Shown: one piece after another, positions 29,880 through 42,664 of the stretch
How the letters are laid out: every line of letters begins with the position of its first letter
How positions within the stretch are numbered: position 1 is the first letter of the stretch
NCBI GenBank assembly: GCA_951406725.2
Contig: OX597839.1
Coordinates: 7,192,001-7,256,000 of the forward strand
Reading direction: 5' to 3'
DNA length: 64,000 bases
From: Octopus vulgaris
Lineage: Eukaryota
Translations under genes and position numbers: made by a program
The notes under the pieces: generated by a model
The model's input: only the letters and a program-made list of their open reading frames with translations
What the model was told of the DNA's origin: nothing
Database searches by the model: none

Positions 29880-29996
29880 GTAACAATCAGTCACTGATCT
29901 TGCAACAATCAAAGTAGCTAGGTTTTCTGTATATTGCGAGCTGAGATTTTCTAACTAGCTATTTTGCTTGTTGCAAGATCAGTGACTGGTTGTCAC
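29880..29996. repeat. Isolated hairpin with arms of about 39 bp
   Basis: acaatcagtcactgatcttgcaacaatcaaagtagctag pairs with ctagctattttgcttgttgcaagatcagtgactggttgt. Confidence 0.85.
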
Positions 29997-30023
29997 ATGG
30001 TTTTCTATGCATTGTGAGCTGGA

Positions 30024-30258
30024 AGGCGGCGAGCTGGCAGAAACGTTAGCATGCCGGGCGAACTGCGTAGCTGTATTTCGTCTGCCGTTACGTTCTGAGT
30101 TCAAATTCCACCGAGGTCGACTTTGCCTTTCATCCTTTCGGGGTCGATAAATTAAGTACCAGTTACGCACTGGGGTCGATGTAATCGACTTAATCCGTTT
30201 GTCTGTCCTTATTTGTCCCCTCTGTGTTTAGCCCCTTGTGGGTAGTAAAAAAATATAT
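30024..30258 (+). mobile_element. SINE family A, full length
   Basis: aggcggcgagctggcagaaacgttagc...gccccttgtgggtagtaaaa; degenerate TSD cattg(t/c)g(a/t)gctgga. Confidence 0.92.
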
Positions 30259-30303
30259 ACATTGCGTGCTGGAGCGAATTCCTGCTATCTCTAGCGTCTG
30301 GGT

Positions 30304-30668
30304 TTCAGATAACTCCTGAAGAGCAAGATGGGGTTGGAGAGGACGACCCTGCCACCGAGAGAATACGAGAAATGATGGAAGGATGTGATGAGAAAGGTGG
30401 GTATCAGTAACCCAGCTTAATCATAGATGAAAGGAAAATATAGTTGCAGGGCCTCATATGCTGCCGGGTTCGATCTCTTTTCTTTCTTTGTTTCTTTGTT
30501 TCCGTTTAAAAAAAAGTTCTACTTAAAGGTAAAAATTAATCGTTATATAAAATATTTTTAAAGTAAATTTTTAACATAATGCTCATTCGAACTCATTTAA
30601 CATATTTGTATTTGTTTGTCTTGTAATGTCCTTTTCTATGTACGATCAGTTTGATCATAATAAAGATT
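30304..30668 (+). mobile_element. 5'-truncated L1/Tx1-like LINE 3' end
   Basis: 18-bp TSD tatctctagcgtctgggt (30286-30303, 30669-30686); decayed frame LLKSKMGLERTTL..YEK*WKDV resembles an ORF2 C-terminus; aataaa at the 3' end. Confidence 0.65.
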
Positions 30669-30888
30669 TATCTCTAGCGTCTGGGTATCCACCACTGACG
30701 CTGGTCACAAATAGATGGTAGGGGTCCAGATTGCCACGATAACCGGTTCGGCAAAAGAGACCGATAGAATAAGTACTAGGCTTACAAAAAATAAGTTCTG
30801 GAGTCGATTTCCTCGATTAAAGGCGGTGCTCCATCATGGCCACAATCAAATGACTGAAACAAAAGAGTAAAATAGTAAGAGTATGATA

Positions 30889-30962
<74 letters not shown>

Positions 30963-30971
30963 TATTATTAT

Positions 30972-31387
30972 ATAGGCGCAGGAGTGGCTGTGTGGTAAGT
31001 AGCTTGCTAACCAACCACATGATTCCGGGTTCAGTCCCACTGCGTGGCATCTTGGGCAAGTGTCTTCTACTATAGCCTCAGGCCGACCAAAGCCTTGTGA
31101 GTGGATTTGGTAGACGGAAACTGAAAGAAGCCTGTCGTATATATGTATATATATGTATGTGTGTGTATATGTTTGTGTGTCTGTGTTTGTCCCTCTAGCA
31201 TTGTTTGACAACCGGTGCTGGTGTGTTTACGTTCCCCGTCACATAGCGGTTCGGCAAAAGAGTCCGATAGAATAAGTACTGGGCTTAGAAAAAATAAGTC
31301 CCGGGGTCGATTTGTCGACTAAAAGGCGGTTCTCCAGCATGGCCGCAGTCAAATGACTGAAACAAAAGAGTAAAAGAGTAAAGAGTA
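30972..31387 (+). mobile_element. SINE family B, full length, in (ATT)n; a further 3' fragment lies at 30745-30870
   Basis: Complete head, CORE-like part and aaaagagt tail. Confidence 0.92.
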
Positions 31388-31399
31388 TTATTATTATTA

Positions 31400-31430
<31 letters not shown>

Positions 31431-31690
31431 AGCGATGCATCATGTTGGTCACATGCGCTTGTACGCTGTGGGTGGTATAGCGCTGCCTTTCACGCTCGAC
31501 TAAACACTGTAAGTTATTTATGTGCTACGCTCTGACGGCACCATATTTTGCCTGTAAACAGTTGAATTAGGCGCTGAAAGCTTATCGCGTGCGTTTTCAG
31601 ACATGCGTGTCGGTCGTTCTACTATTGCTACAAGATATACATACGTGTTTACAGTATCCTCGATGTATTTGTGTAAGTGTGTGTTTGTGT

Positions 31691-31736
<46 letters not shown>

Positions 31737-32114
31737 TTGCATATTATTTGTATATGTGGATGTTGTACTTTATGTATAATGTACGTTAGTAGTTTAGTGA
31801 TTTTTATCTTTTTGTTAGAATTCAGATGTGTGTGTCTATGTGTGTGTGTGTGTGTGTATGTGTGTTTTCGTATTGTAATGCCTAGGTGTTTGTGTATAAG
31901 TATCTGTTATCGTGTGCGTGTTTCAGCTAGTGGACTGCGGCGTTGTCGGGTTACCACCTTCAAATTGATCCCGTTACAATTTTTATCGAAAAATCTGATA
32001 CATATTCATTCTATCGACTTTCCGTTAGATTACGGGGGCTTAAACAAACCAGCACCGTTTATCAATTGTTGGTGAGGGACAATCAAAATAGCAGACACAT
32101 ATACATAGATGTAG

Positions 32115-32319
32115 AAGTGACCGCGTGTGTACCGTTGGCGATTTTTTTCCTCCGTCTTCCTTTCTTTGGATCTTTCCCTTTCCTATGTTTCTGACGAAGA
32201 GCTCCGCTCGAAACGTTAAACCCTCCTTCTTTCCTTCTTGCCTGAGCGTCCAATAACACTATACTTGTTCCAGGTCCTCGCGTTGTTGTGTTTTCTCTTT
32301 GTGTTTTCATGTTTGGATT

Positions 32320-32322
<3 letters not shown>
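32115..32322 (+). mobile_element. Penelope-like element terminal remnant
   Basis: Contains the hammerhead motif below; pyrimidine-rich, ends at a (TA)n tract. Confidence 0.55.
32187..32221 (+). ncRNA. Minimal type I hammerhead ribozyme motif
   Basis: GTTT-CTGACGA-A-GAGC(tcc)GCTC-GAAA-CG-TT-AAAC: core boxes, 4-bp stems I and II, palindromic ACGT stem III. Confidence 0.6.
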
Positions 32323-32364
<42 letters not shown>

Positions 32365-32465
32365 GTATGAAACACTAAAAGAACCTGTGCTCGGGTCTAT
32401 TTCTACGGCTAAACTCTCAAAAGTGGTATTCCAGCTTGACCGTAGTCCATGACTGAAACATGTAA

Positions 32466-32517
<52 letters not shown>

Positions 32518-32659
32518 CATATATATACATATACATATAGATATATAGACATATATATACATATATATATACATATATATACATATATATATGTATATCT
32601 ATCTATCTATATATATATGTGTATATATCTATATCTATATCTATATATCTATATGTATG

Positions 32660-32721
<62 letters not shown>

Positions 32722-33121
32722 ATATATCATACACACACACTCAAATGCATGCATGTATATATGAGGGAGAGAGATGTGTAATTGTCTGTTGAAAGAATAT
32801 ATATTTAGATACGTTATTACATAATATAACAAGATATGGGGATACTTTTTCTACTCCTTCGACGCAATCTGTTGACAGACTACGAATACGCATATTATGT
32901 AAAATTAAGTAGATAAGCGCAAATAAGTGCACATACATGCTATACACACACACCGTGATACATAAGCATTTTCTTCTATCAATATACTGTAATCCATCAT
33001 TAATAGTATAGGTGTTATGTCAACTTCTATGCTTTTGTTAATTCAATTGCGTTTCTATTTGTGGGATGCATCGAAACAGCTGTAAAGATATCATTATATC
33101 ATGTAATATTAAGCAATGAAA

Positions 33122-33305
33122 AGGCATCGGTTGGCAGAATCATTAACATACAAGGCAAAATGCTCAGCAGCATTTCGTTCGTCTATACTTTCTGACCCCA
33201 AATTCCACCGAGGTCAGCATTTCTTTTCATCCTCTCGGATTGGTAAAATAAGTACCAGGTGAATCCTTGTGTTGATGTAATCGATTTACCCCTCCATCGA
33301 AATTT
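33122..33305 (+). mobile_element. Old SINE family A relative
   Basis: ttggcagaatcattaac...caaattccaccgaggtca...gatgtaatcga. Confidence 0.7.
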
Positions 33306-33485
33306 CTGTAAACGGTATCAAGTAATAAAGTGTGTACTTATCTTGTACACCTATGGTTGGTTGTCTTTCTATCTTCATTAACATGCTCTGTTTTTTTTCT
33401 TTCTTCAAGCCAAATCACTTGAAAAGTTAGAGCGGTTCGAATAGTGGCTTGATGTCTATTCTTTCCAAAGTATTCTCATACACGC

Positions 33486-33522
<37 letters not shown>

Positions 33523-33679
33523 CTAAGTGTGTGTGAGCATGTATCTGTGCGTGTGCTTGTGTGTGTGAATGTATGTGTAAATGAAGATATATATATATTC
33601 GTTTATAAGTAATCGTTCTATTACTGTATCATTGCACATGCGTGCGTTTATAATGTATATATACATATAAAATATGTAT

Positions 33680-33710
<31 letters not shown>

Positions 33711-34593
33711 TTATATATATGTATGACTGTATGTATGTATATATGTATATATGTATATATATATATATATATTCATATATGTATGCATATTTATATGTGT
33801 ATATATATTTATATATATGTATATAATCATGTATATATATATGCTTACATACACACATAATACATTTGTGCATATTGCACATAAAAATAGTCTTCTACGC
33901 ACATACAAGCAAATTTACATACATGCGTACATACACACAGATGTAGAGATACATGCACATACATACATTAATGCATACAAAGATACATACATACACACAT
34001 ACATACACACACACATACATACACACACACGTACATATATATGACAGACGCATGCATGCACACATACATGCGTACACACATATATAATATGATAGTTTCT
34101 GTGGCAATTACAACTTTTCCTGTTGACTTTATTTATTCGTTCATTTCATTTCCTTATTATTATTTTTAATTTAATACTTTATTTATTGCTTCTTATAAAA
34201 TTGAAATTCCGTCTTCATTAACGGAAATCCATCTTAAACAATCTCTCTTTCTCACAAACAGTGTTCCTTCTTTTTACCGAGTCCTGACATTGCTTTTCAT
34301 ATACAACCGTAAACATTGGCATTAATTACGTGTGCATGTGTGTTTCTGTGCTTGTGTGTGTGTATGTGTGTGTGTGTGTGTCTGTCTGTGTGTTCATGTG
34401 TGTGTGTGAGTTTACATTTATATACACACATAAATATATATATTATATATGTATGTATATAAATATGTATGTGTGCATACACACACAGATATACACATAT
34501 TTCCCCTATACAAATATCTAATTCTGTACATGTGTCAATATATATACATACATATATAATTATGTATACATACATATATGTGTATATATATAT

Positions 34594-34664
<71 letters not shown>

Positions 34665-34692
34665 GATATATAGATTGATAGATAGATAGATT

Positions 34693-34764
<72 letters not shown>

Positions 34765-35279
34765 TTCATACACACAGAATTACACGCACGAATATGCACA
34801 CATATATATAATTTTATACATACATTCATATATATAAACATATATGCAAACTACATTTATGTATGTATATATTATACGTATACACACGTATGAGTACGTT
34901 CGTATGCATGTATGTATATACGCGCGTTCGCACATAGACGTTACTTTATAAACAGTCTTCGTTCCAATATAAACGAAAGATCGTGTTTATAGCCAGCTAC
35001 CTACTTAATGACACGCACAAATGCGTATACACACGTACATATACACGTTGCTAACACGTACATGTACGTCTACCTCTGTTTCTATGTATGTTATGCTTGC
35101 ATATAAACATATTTGACACAGGAAAGAACGAAAACACTGAAGATATTCAGCGGCTCGGACAACTCGAAGGAAATTTACCAATTTCATTTTCATGTACCAA
35201 TCTAAATATCTGTAAATGACACTGATCCAGACACACAGAATGATACCTGAACTGAAGTACTCACACACAGTTTTATATT

Positions 35280-36122
<843 letters not shown>

Positions 36123-36126
36123 ACAT

Positions 36127-36171
<45 letters not shown>

Positions 36172-36189
36172 TATGTATACATATATAAA

Positions 36190-36233
<44 letters not shown>

Positions 36234-36381
36234 TATATACATATATAAATATATATATATATATCACCGTGATCACCGTGATCGACCAGGCTATCAGATG
36301 TTGCTACACATCGCTGGTCACAATGCGCTTCGCATTGTTTTAGCCATCAAATGACGCCACCCCGCCGGCTAAATGAGCAGG

Positions 36382-36472
<91 letters not shown>

Positions 36473-36489
36473 TTATGTATGTATGGATG

Positions 36490-36645
36490 GATGATGGGCT
36501 TCTTTCAGTTTCCGTCAACGAAATCAATTCATAAGGCTTTGATCAGCCCGCGGGTTAGTAGAAGACACTTGCCCAAGTTGCCACGTTGTGGGACTGAACT
36601 CAGAACCATGTGGTCGGGAAGCAAGCTTCTTACCACACAGCCAAT
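36490..36645 (-). mobile_element. SINE family B 5' fragment
   Basis: gggcttctttcagtttccgtc...cttaccacacagcca. Confidence 0.85.
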
Positions 36646-37368
36646 CATATATGTATGTATGTATTTTAAAAAAGTCTTGTCCCATTTTGTAATTTTCTGC
36701 AGATGAAATTTAGTAAGTGTACACACACACACAAATACACACACTTGCGCGCGAACACACATTCACAATCAAATCCTCCCAAAAATGTGTTTATATGTGT
36801 AATTTTATCTTTGTTTTTCAAATGTAAAAACCCCTAAGTATACTTTATTAAAGCACCGCAAATGTTTTAATCACTACAGCGATGTGTAATTGTATGCACT
36901 GAATAAACTTATAGAAATAACTGGACTGACCTCTTTCTACCTTACTTGTTTCCCTCTTGACAGACCAAGCACTTACATTTGTTAATGCTCGGAAAACTAT
37001 AAATTTAAACGGATAATCACTGCTAATAAGATCTCCACTATGCTGGTTGTCATGATTTGCATAAATAATAGTTTGCTATCAGTTAAGTTATTCAATATAA
37101 AAGAGATGCACTAGGAAGCTTATGCTGAATTATTGAACGAACAAAAACAGCATATACATTCTACAAGTAACTCCTATGTTTGGTCATTGCTGCAAGGCAT
37201 AACAGATTACATCAGAGAAATGTAATTAAATGCCATTTCTCATTTTTCTCTTATGTAAAAAGGGAAGTTTTTAGATCACTTTCGACTAATCTGTGGCACA
37301 TACTCTAAGACCACACACACGCCTTTGATTCCACTTAGTTGCAGGCATGTATGAATATATGTGAATAT

Positions 37369-37413
<45 letters not shown>

Positions 37414-37430
37414 AACACACACACACACAC

Positions 37431-37485
<55 letters not shown>

Positions 37486-37490
<5 letters not shown>

Positions 37491-37642
37491 GTAAAATAAT
37501 ATGTGACAATTATTCGGTAGCCAAGATAAAACTCTGAGTTTCGGATGCCGAGGTGGAATACCACACCACCATCTCTTCGGCATCCGAAACTCAGAGTTTT
37601 ATCTTGGCTACCAAATAATTGTCACATATTATTTTACAGATA
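37486..37642. repeat. Near-perfect palindrome with 66-bp arms and 25-nt spacer
   Basis: 37486-37551 is the reverse complement of 37577-37642 with one mismatch. Confidence 0.92.
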
Positions 37643-37703
37643 AATTCCTCTATTTACATAATATTGAGATCTCTGTCTTTCTTTTGTTATCTTACCGTTT
37701 TTA

Positions 37704-37743
<40 letters not shown>

Positions 37744-37785
37744 TACATACACACATATACACGCATATATATATATATTTATATA

Positions 37786-38195
37786 CTCTTTTACTTGTTT
37801 GAGTCATTTGACTGCGGTCATGCTGGAGCACTGCATTTAGTCGAGCAAATCGACACCAGGATTTATTCTTTGGAAGCCTAGTACCTATTCCATCGCTTAC
37901 TTTTGCCGAACCGCTAAGTTACAGGGACGTAGACACACCACCATCGGTTGTCAAGCGATGTTGGTGGGGGGACAAACACAAACACACAAACACACACACA
38001 CACACACATACATATATACATACATTTATACGACGGGCTTCTTTCAGTTTCCGTCTGCGAAATCCACTCACAAGGCTTTGATCGGTCCGAGGCTATAGTA
38101 GAAGACACTTGCCCAAGGTACCACGCGGTGGGAATGAACCCGGAACCATGTGGTTGGTAAGCAAGCTACTTAACACACAGCCACTCCTGCGCCTA
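37786..38195 (-). mobile_element. SINE family B, full length
   Basis: Family consensus end to end. Confidence 0.92.
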
Positions 38196-38839
38196 TCTCT
38201 GTGTGTAAAGAGTAAAGAGAGAGTATACCTAGAAACACAGATACAAACAGACAAACGCGTTAGCGCAGATATATGCAACAATCCCATGAGAAAGGACATT
38301 TCTTGGTGTTTATATGAAAGCTTTTGCTATTTGACATAAACTGCCATAAACTAATAAAGACATTACTAATTTCCTTCCTCAACATCTTGACAGCTTTGCA
38401 GCCATTAACTTCCGGTTTGTAAGATAACCACCATTATGGTTATAAACCATGAGGATACAAAGGTTTGCTTTTCATTCTGGATTCCGTCTTTGGAATTCGG
38501 CCGTGCTGTACCATCGCTTTTAATTGGTCTTTGTCGGTTATATTTACCCCATGTATGTCGTCTGGTACGACTTATTTTATCGCACACTATTAGTCGAATG
38601 TTATAAATGTGGGGGCAACTCACAAAGATTATACAAAGTAGTATTGATAAGCGCTCATATACACTGGTAGACGCATACACAGGCACACAATAGAGTTAAA
38701 TCAGATACTTTTCTGATTTATTTAATTTATTCAATATTTATTTTTTGTAGAAATTAGCTTTTCCACATCGGCCTCTGTGTTTGATTTTCATACCTCGTAA
38801 ATTGGTGATCGTGTGTTGCTGGCAGAAGGTGTTTTGTAT

Positions 38840-39282
38840 AAAGGCAGCGAGCTGGAAAAGGCGGCGAACGTTAGCATGCCGGGGGAAATGCTTTGTGGTA
38901 TTTCGTCCGCCGCTGCGTTCTGAGTTCAAATTCCGCCGAGGTCGATTTTGCCTTTCATTCCTTTCGGGGTCGATAAATTAAGTACCAGTTACGCACTGGG
39001 GTCGATGTAATTGACTTAATCCCTTTCTTTGTCCTTGTTTGTCTCCTTTGTGTTTAGCTCCTTGTGGTCAATAAAGAAATAAGAAACGTTAGCACGCCGG
39101 GCGAAATGCGCAGCCATATTTCGTCTGCCTTTCGGGGTCGATAAATTAAGTACTAGTTACGCACTGGGGTAGATATAATGGATTTAATCCGTTTATCTGT
39201 CCTTGTTTGTCCTCTCTGTGTTTAGCCTCTTGTGGGTAGTAAAAAAATAGGTATTTCGTCCGCGCTGCGTTCTGAGTTCAAA
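38840..39282 (+). mobile_element. SINE family A tandem multimer
   Basis: Two bodies plus the start of a third unit, head to tail. Confidence 0.88.
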
Positions 39283-39619
39283 GTATTAATAGTTGAAAAG
39301 AACAGATAACATCGTAGCGTAGGTTGTATGCAGCAAGCTCACTACGCATGTAAGACTCCAGGAGCTACAACAAAACCTGAGATAAGAATAAATAATAGTA
39401 ATTGGATGTATCAGCACCCAACTATCAACAATGCTCAAAAATATCGGTGCAAATGCAAAGATAGAATACGCACAAAACTCATCATTGCTTGGAAATGCAA
39501 GAATTTTCCGCAGAGTTCTTCAAGCATGACCAGTAAACAAATGTCACCTTAGTCTGCTGACTGTGGACAGCTGATACTTTCCATCATACTCAGCAAAATA
39601 AACTGAGAATTTTCATTGA

Positions 39620-39620
<1 letters not shown>
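39283..39620 (+). mobile_element. R4/Dong-type LINE 3' remnant no. 1
   Basis: Frame IIVIGCISTQLSTMLKNIG..IEYAQNSSLLGNARIFRRVLQA* (stop 39527-39529), typical of a restriction-like endonuclease C-terminus; followed by (AAT)n. Confidence 0.7.
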
Positions 39621-39675
<55 letters not shown>

Positions 39676-39689
39676 CAATGATGATGATA

Positions 39690-40435
39690 AAATTGGTACG
39701 ACCGCAAACCCGAAGGCATCATCGAAAATGATAATGCAAAGATCCTGTAGGATTTTATGATTCAGTGCGACCATGGGATAGAGAATAGGAAGCCAGACAT
39801 AGTCTTAATTTAGAAAGAAAGCAAACAATGCTGGATCATAGATATATATTTCTTTACTACCCACAAGGGGCTAAACATAGAGGGGACAAACAAGGACAGA
39901 CATAGGTACTAAGTCGATTACATCGACCCCAGTGCGTAACTGGTGCTTAATTTATCGACCCCGAAAGGATGAAAGGCAAAGTCGACCTCGGCGGAATTTG
40001 AACTCAGAACGCAGCGGCGGACGAAATACCGCAAAGCATTTCGCCCGGCGTGCTAACGATTCTGCCAGCTCGCCGCCTTCTTGGATCATAGATATAGTGT
40101 ACCCAGCTGACAACAAGGTATGCGATAAGGGGGAAAGAAAAGTCGATAGATATGACAGGTTAGCTTGGGAGGTTAAGCAGTTGTGTTCGATGAAAAAGGT
40201 GGTAGTAGTACCAATAATTTTTGGAGCCCTTGGAACAGTGAGTAAAAATCTTGAGAATTACATGGAACAAATAGCGGCTGCAATGAGGATGGAGCACTTG
40301 CAGAAAACAGCACAGCTTGAAACCGCTCGAATATTCCGGATTGTGCTCGAAAAATAAGGGATGTTACCTTAGTTCACTGGTAGTGAACAACTCACCCCGT
40401 AGTACATCTCGAGCGTTAGAGGCTGTGCAAAGGCA
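39690..40435 (+). mobile_element. R4/Dong-type LINE 3' remnant no. 2 (restriction-like endonuclease domain), interrupted by a SINE
   Basis: WYDRKPEGIIENDNAKIL*DF..RKPDIVLI..WIIDI..VVVPIIFGALGTV..LQKTAQLETARIFRIVLEK*; (AAT)n on both sides. Confidence 0.88.
39847..40080 (-). mobile_element. SINE family A nested in the LINE
   Basis: 15-bp TSD tggatcatagatata at 39832-39846 and 40082-40096. Confidence 0.93.
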
Positions 40436-40725
40436 ATAATAATAACAATAATGATAATAATCATGATGATGATGATGATGATGTGGAGACGGTGGTGGTG
40501 GTGGTGATGATGATGATATACTTAGACATAGCCCCAGACATAATTCTTTAGGGTCATGTTGTATATGAAATAACAGATGCTGCCAGACATATTCTATACG
40601 TGTAAACAAGCGCAAGAATTATGGGTATTTTCCTATCAATACCGAGAGGATGTTTAAAATATTTATATATACAAACTTTGCACTAAGCGGACTTATTGGA
40701 ATGGATCTAATGATCTGTGTATGAT

Positions 40726-40837
<112 letters not shown>

Positions 40838-41213
40838 TGTACCTAGTAATGTGAATGTCTGTGCACACGTATATTATGTATGCGTCTATGTATATAATAT
40901 ATAAATATATTTATGCACATATCTATGCCTATTTTGCTATACACATACATACATACATATATACATACATACATACATATATACATACATACATACATAC
41001 ATACATACATACGTACATACATACATACATACGTACGTACATACATACATAAATATATACATACGTATGTACATACATACATTCGTACGTACGTACATAC
41101 ATACATACACGCATACATACATACATACGTACGTGCATACATACATACATACATACATACATACATTTGTACATACATACATAAATACGTATATACATAC
41201 GTACATACATACA

Positions 41214-41244
<31 letters not shown>

Positions 41245-41358
41245 GTACATAACGTATAAACAGATACACACAGATACACATGCGTATACACACATATATT
41301 AGCCTGTGTTCTTGGATTGGTACGTTGTAAGAAAGAAGGCGTCGGGATATATAAACAA

Positions 41359-41731
41359 CTAGCAGTATCGCCCGGCGTTGCTCGGGTTTGTAAGGGAAAT
41401 AAGTATATAAGCATTTTTAGAGAGTTATAGCCAAAAAATAGCAAAAATATGCATTAAAAATGGAAAAAAAATTATGGTAAACTTTTTTAAAATCGTTGAC
41501 TCATCGCAGACATTTTTAGAGAGTTACTTCCCTTATATAATAGCGAAAAAATGCATTAAAATGGAAAAAAAATGATGGTAATTTTTTTTTAAAATCATAG
41601 ACTCATCGCTCGATATGAATCACGACTATAAGATACCCGGTTTTGGTTAAACTGCACCGCAAAATGTGGGAGTAGTTAGGAATCTAAATCGTAGGAGACA
41701 GACACACAACTTGACTTTTATATATAAACGA
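41359..41731 (-). mobile_element. Non-autonomous Helitron
   Basis: Minus strand begins TC..tatatataaaa and ends with hairpin cccgagcaacgccggg plus CTAG; inserted between A and T; internal tandem repeat of about 100 bp. Confidence 0.75.
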
Positions 41732-41744
41732 TATTCTGAAGCAA

Positions 41745-41922
41745 TGGTGCGCATATACTCCTCCCTAACGATGTTTTGCTCAGTTGTGCTGGTTGCGGGT
41801 CTCCCAGGACGTTCGTCACTATCGACATATTTCGGCCATCTTCGAAACGTATGAACCACTCGTACACTTGTCTGCGGCTCATACACTCCTCTCTATACAC
41901 TTTCTGCAACTTTTTGTGGGCT
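41745..41922 (-). mobile_element. Mariner transposase N-terminal (HTH) fragment
   Basis: HKKLQKVYREECMSRRQVYEWFIRFEDGR, frameshift, VDSDERPGRPATSTTEQNI. Confidence 0.85.
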
Positions 41923-42032
41923 ATAAGCATTTGCGAAGGGAAATCCTCGTTCCCATCTCTAACCTTACGTGATACACACGGACTCGGGTTTCTGAGTAGT
42001 AATCCGTCATCAGCGTGTGACAATCACCAGCT

Positions 42033-42653
42033 TTTCTCTTTATTATAGGCGCAAGGCCTGAATACAGAGGGGACATACACAAACATGCGGAACAAAAAAA
42101 CATATGAAAGAATGAATTACAATGAATTTGCCCCAGCATGGCCACAGCTTGTGAGCTGAAACTAAATAAAATAAAAATAAAATAAAATAAAATTACAATG
42201 AATGTGAGATGGTTTCTCGTTCCCGCTCCGAGACGAAACCGTGATTTACTTTTTTACAATTAAACGTTCTTACAGTCTTTTCTTTTTTCTTTTTTAGCTC
42301 GTTCTTTTTTAGTCTTTTTTTATTGTTTTTTTGTCCTTTTTTTTCTTTATACATTTTAACAGTCTATTTTCCTCGTTTTTTATAGGAAGTACAAATTTTA
42401 CTTCTTTTTAAATGTTCATAAAAGGTTTCAAATCGTCTAATTCCACTTTGTCTATTCTCCATCTTTCTCCACTCCTCCCTTATAGACGGGGATTATACAG
42501 GTGCAAACGAGACAGTGTCTGAAATTCAACAATTTACACAATCCAAAGAATCTTGGTTCACCCGCGAGGGGAAACCTACAACAAACATACAATTTCAGTG
42601 CGTAACAATTTGAACTCACATCGAAGAAATCACAATCAACACCCATTAGTGGC
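42033..42653 (-). mobile_element. Internally deleted non-LTR retroelement, copy A (5' UTR, first ORF1 codons, 3' UTR)
   Basis: 5' 210 bp match 44450-44655 and 3' 400 bp match 42665-43018; ATG GAG AAT AGA CAA AGT starts at 42462; ends in aataaa plus an A-rich tail. Confidence 0.85.
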
Positions 42654-42664
42654 AATCACCGGTT

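Noticed and set aside
38400-38700. Unique islands as exons, also 1260-1400, 13680-13930, 14570-14760, 20440-20660 and 27210-27520
   Set aside because: No recognisable protein motifs or consistent splice phase; cannot be supported without RNA data
42446-42653. CpG decay or APOBEC-type G>A change in copy A as the cause of the A/B bias
   Set aside because: Most differences are outside CpG and on one strand, and copy A retains the ATG and a sensible N-terminus; disfavoured but not formally excluded without a consensus
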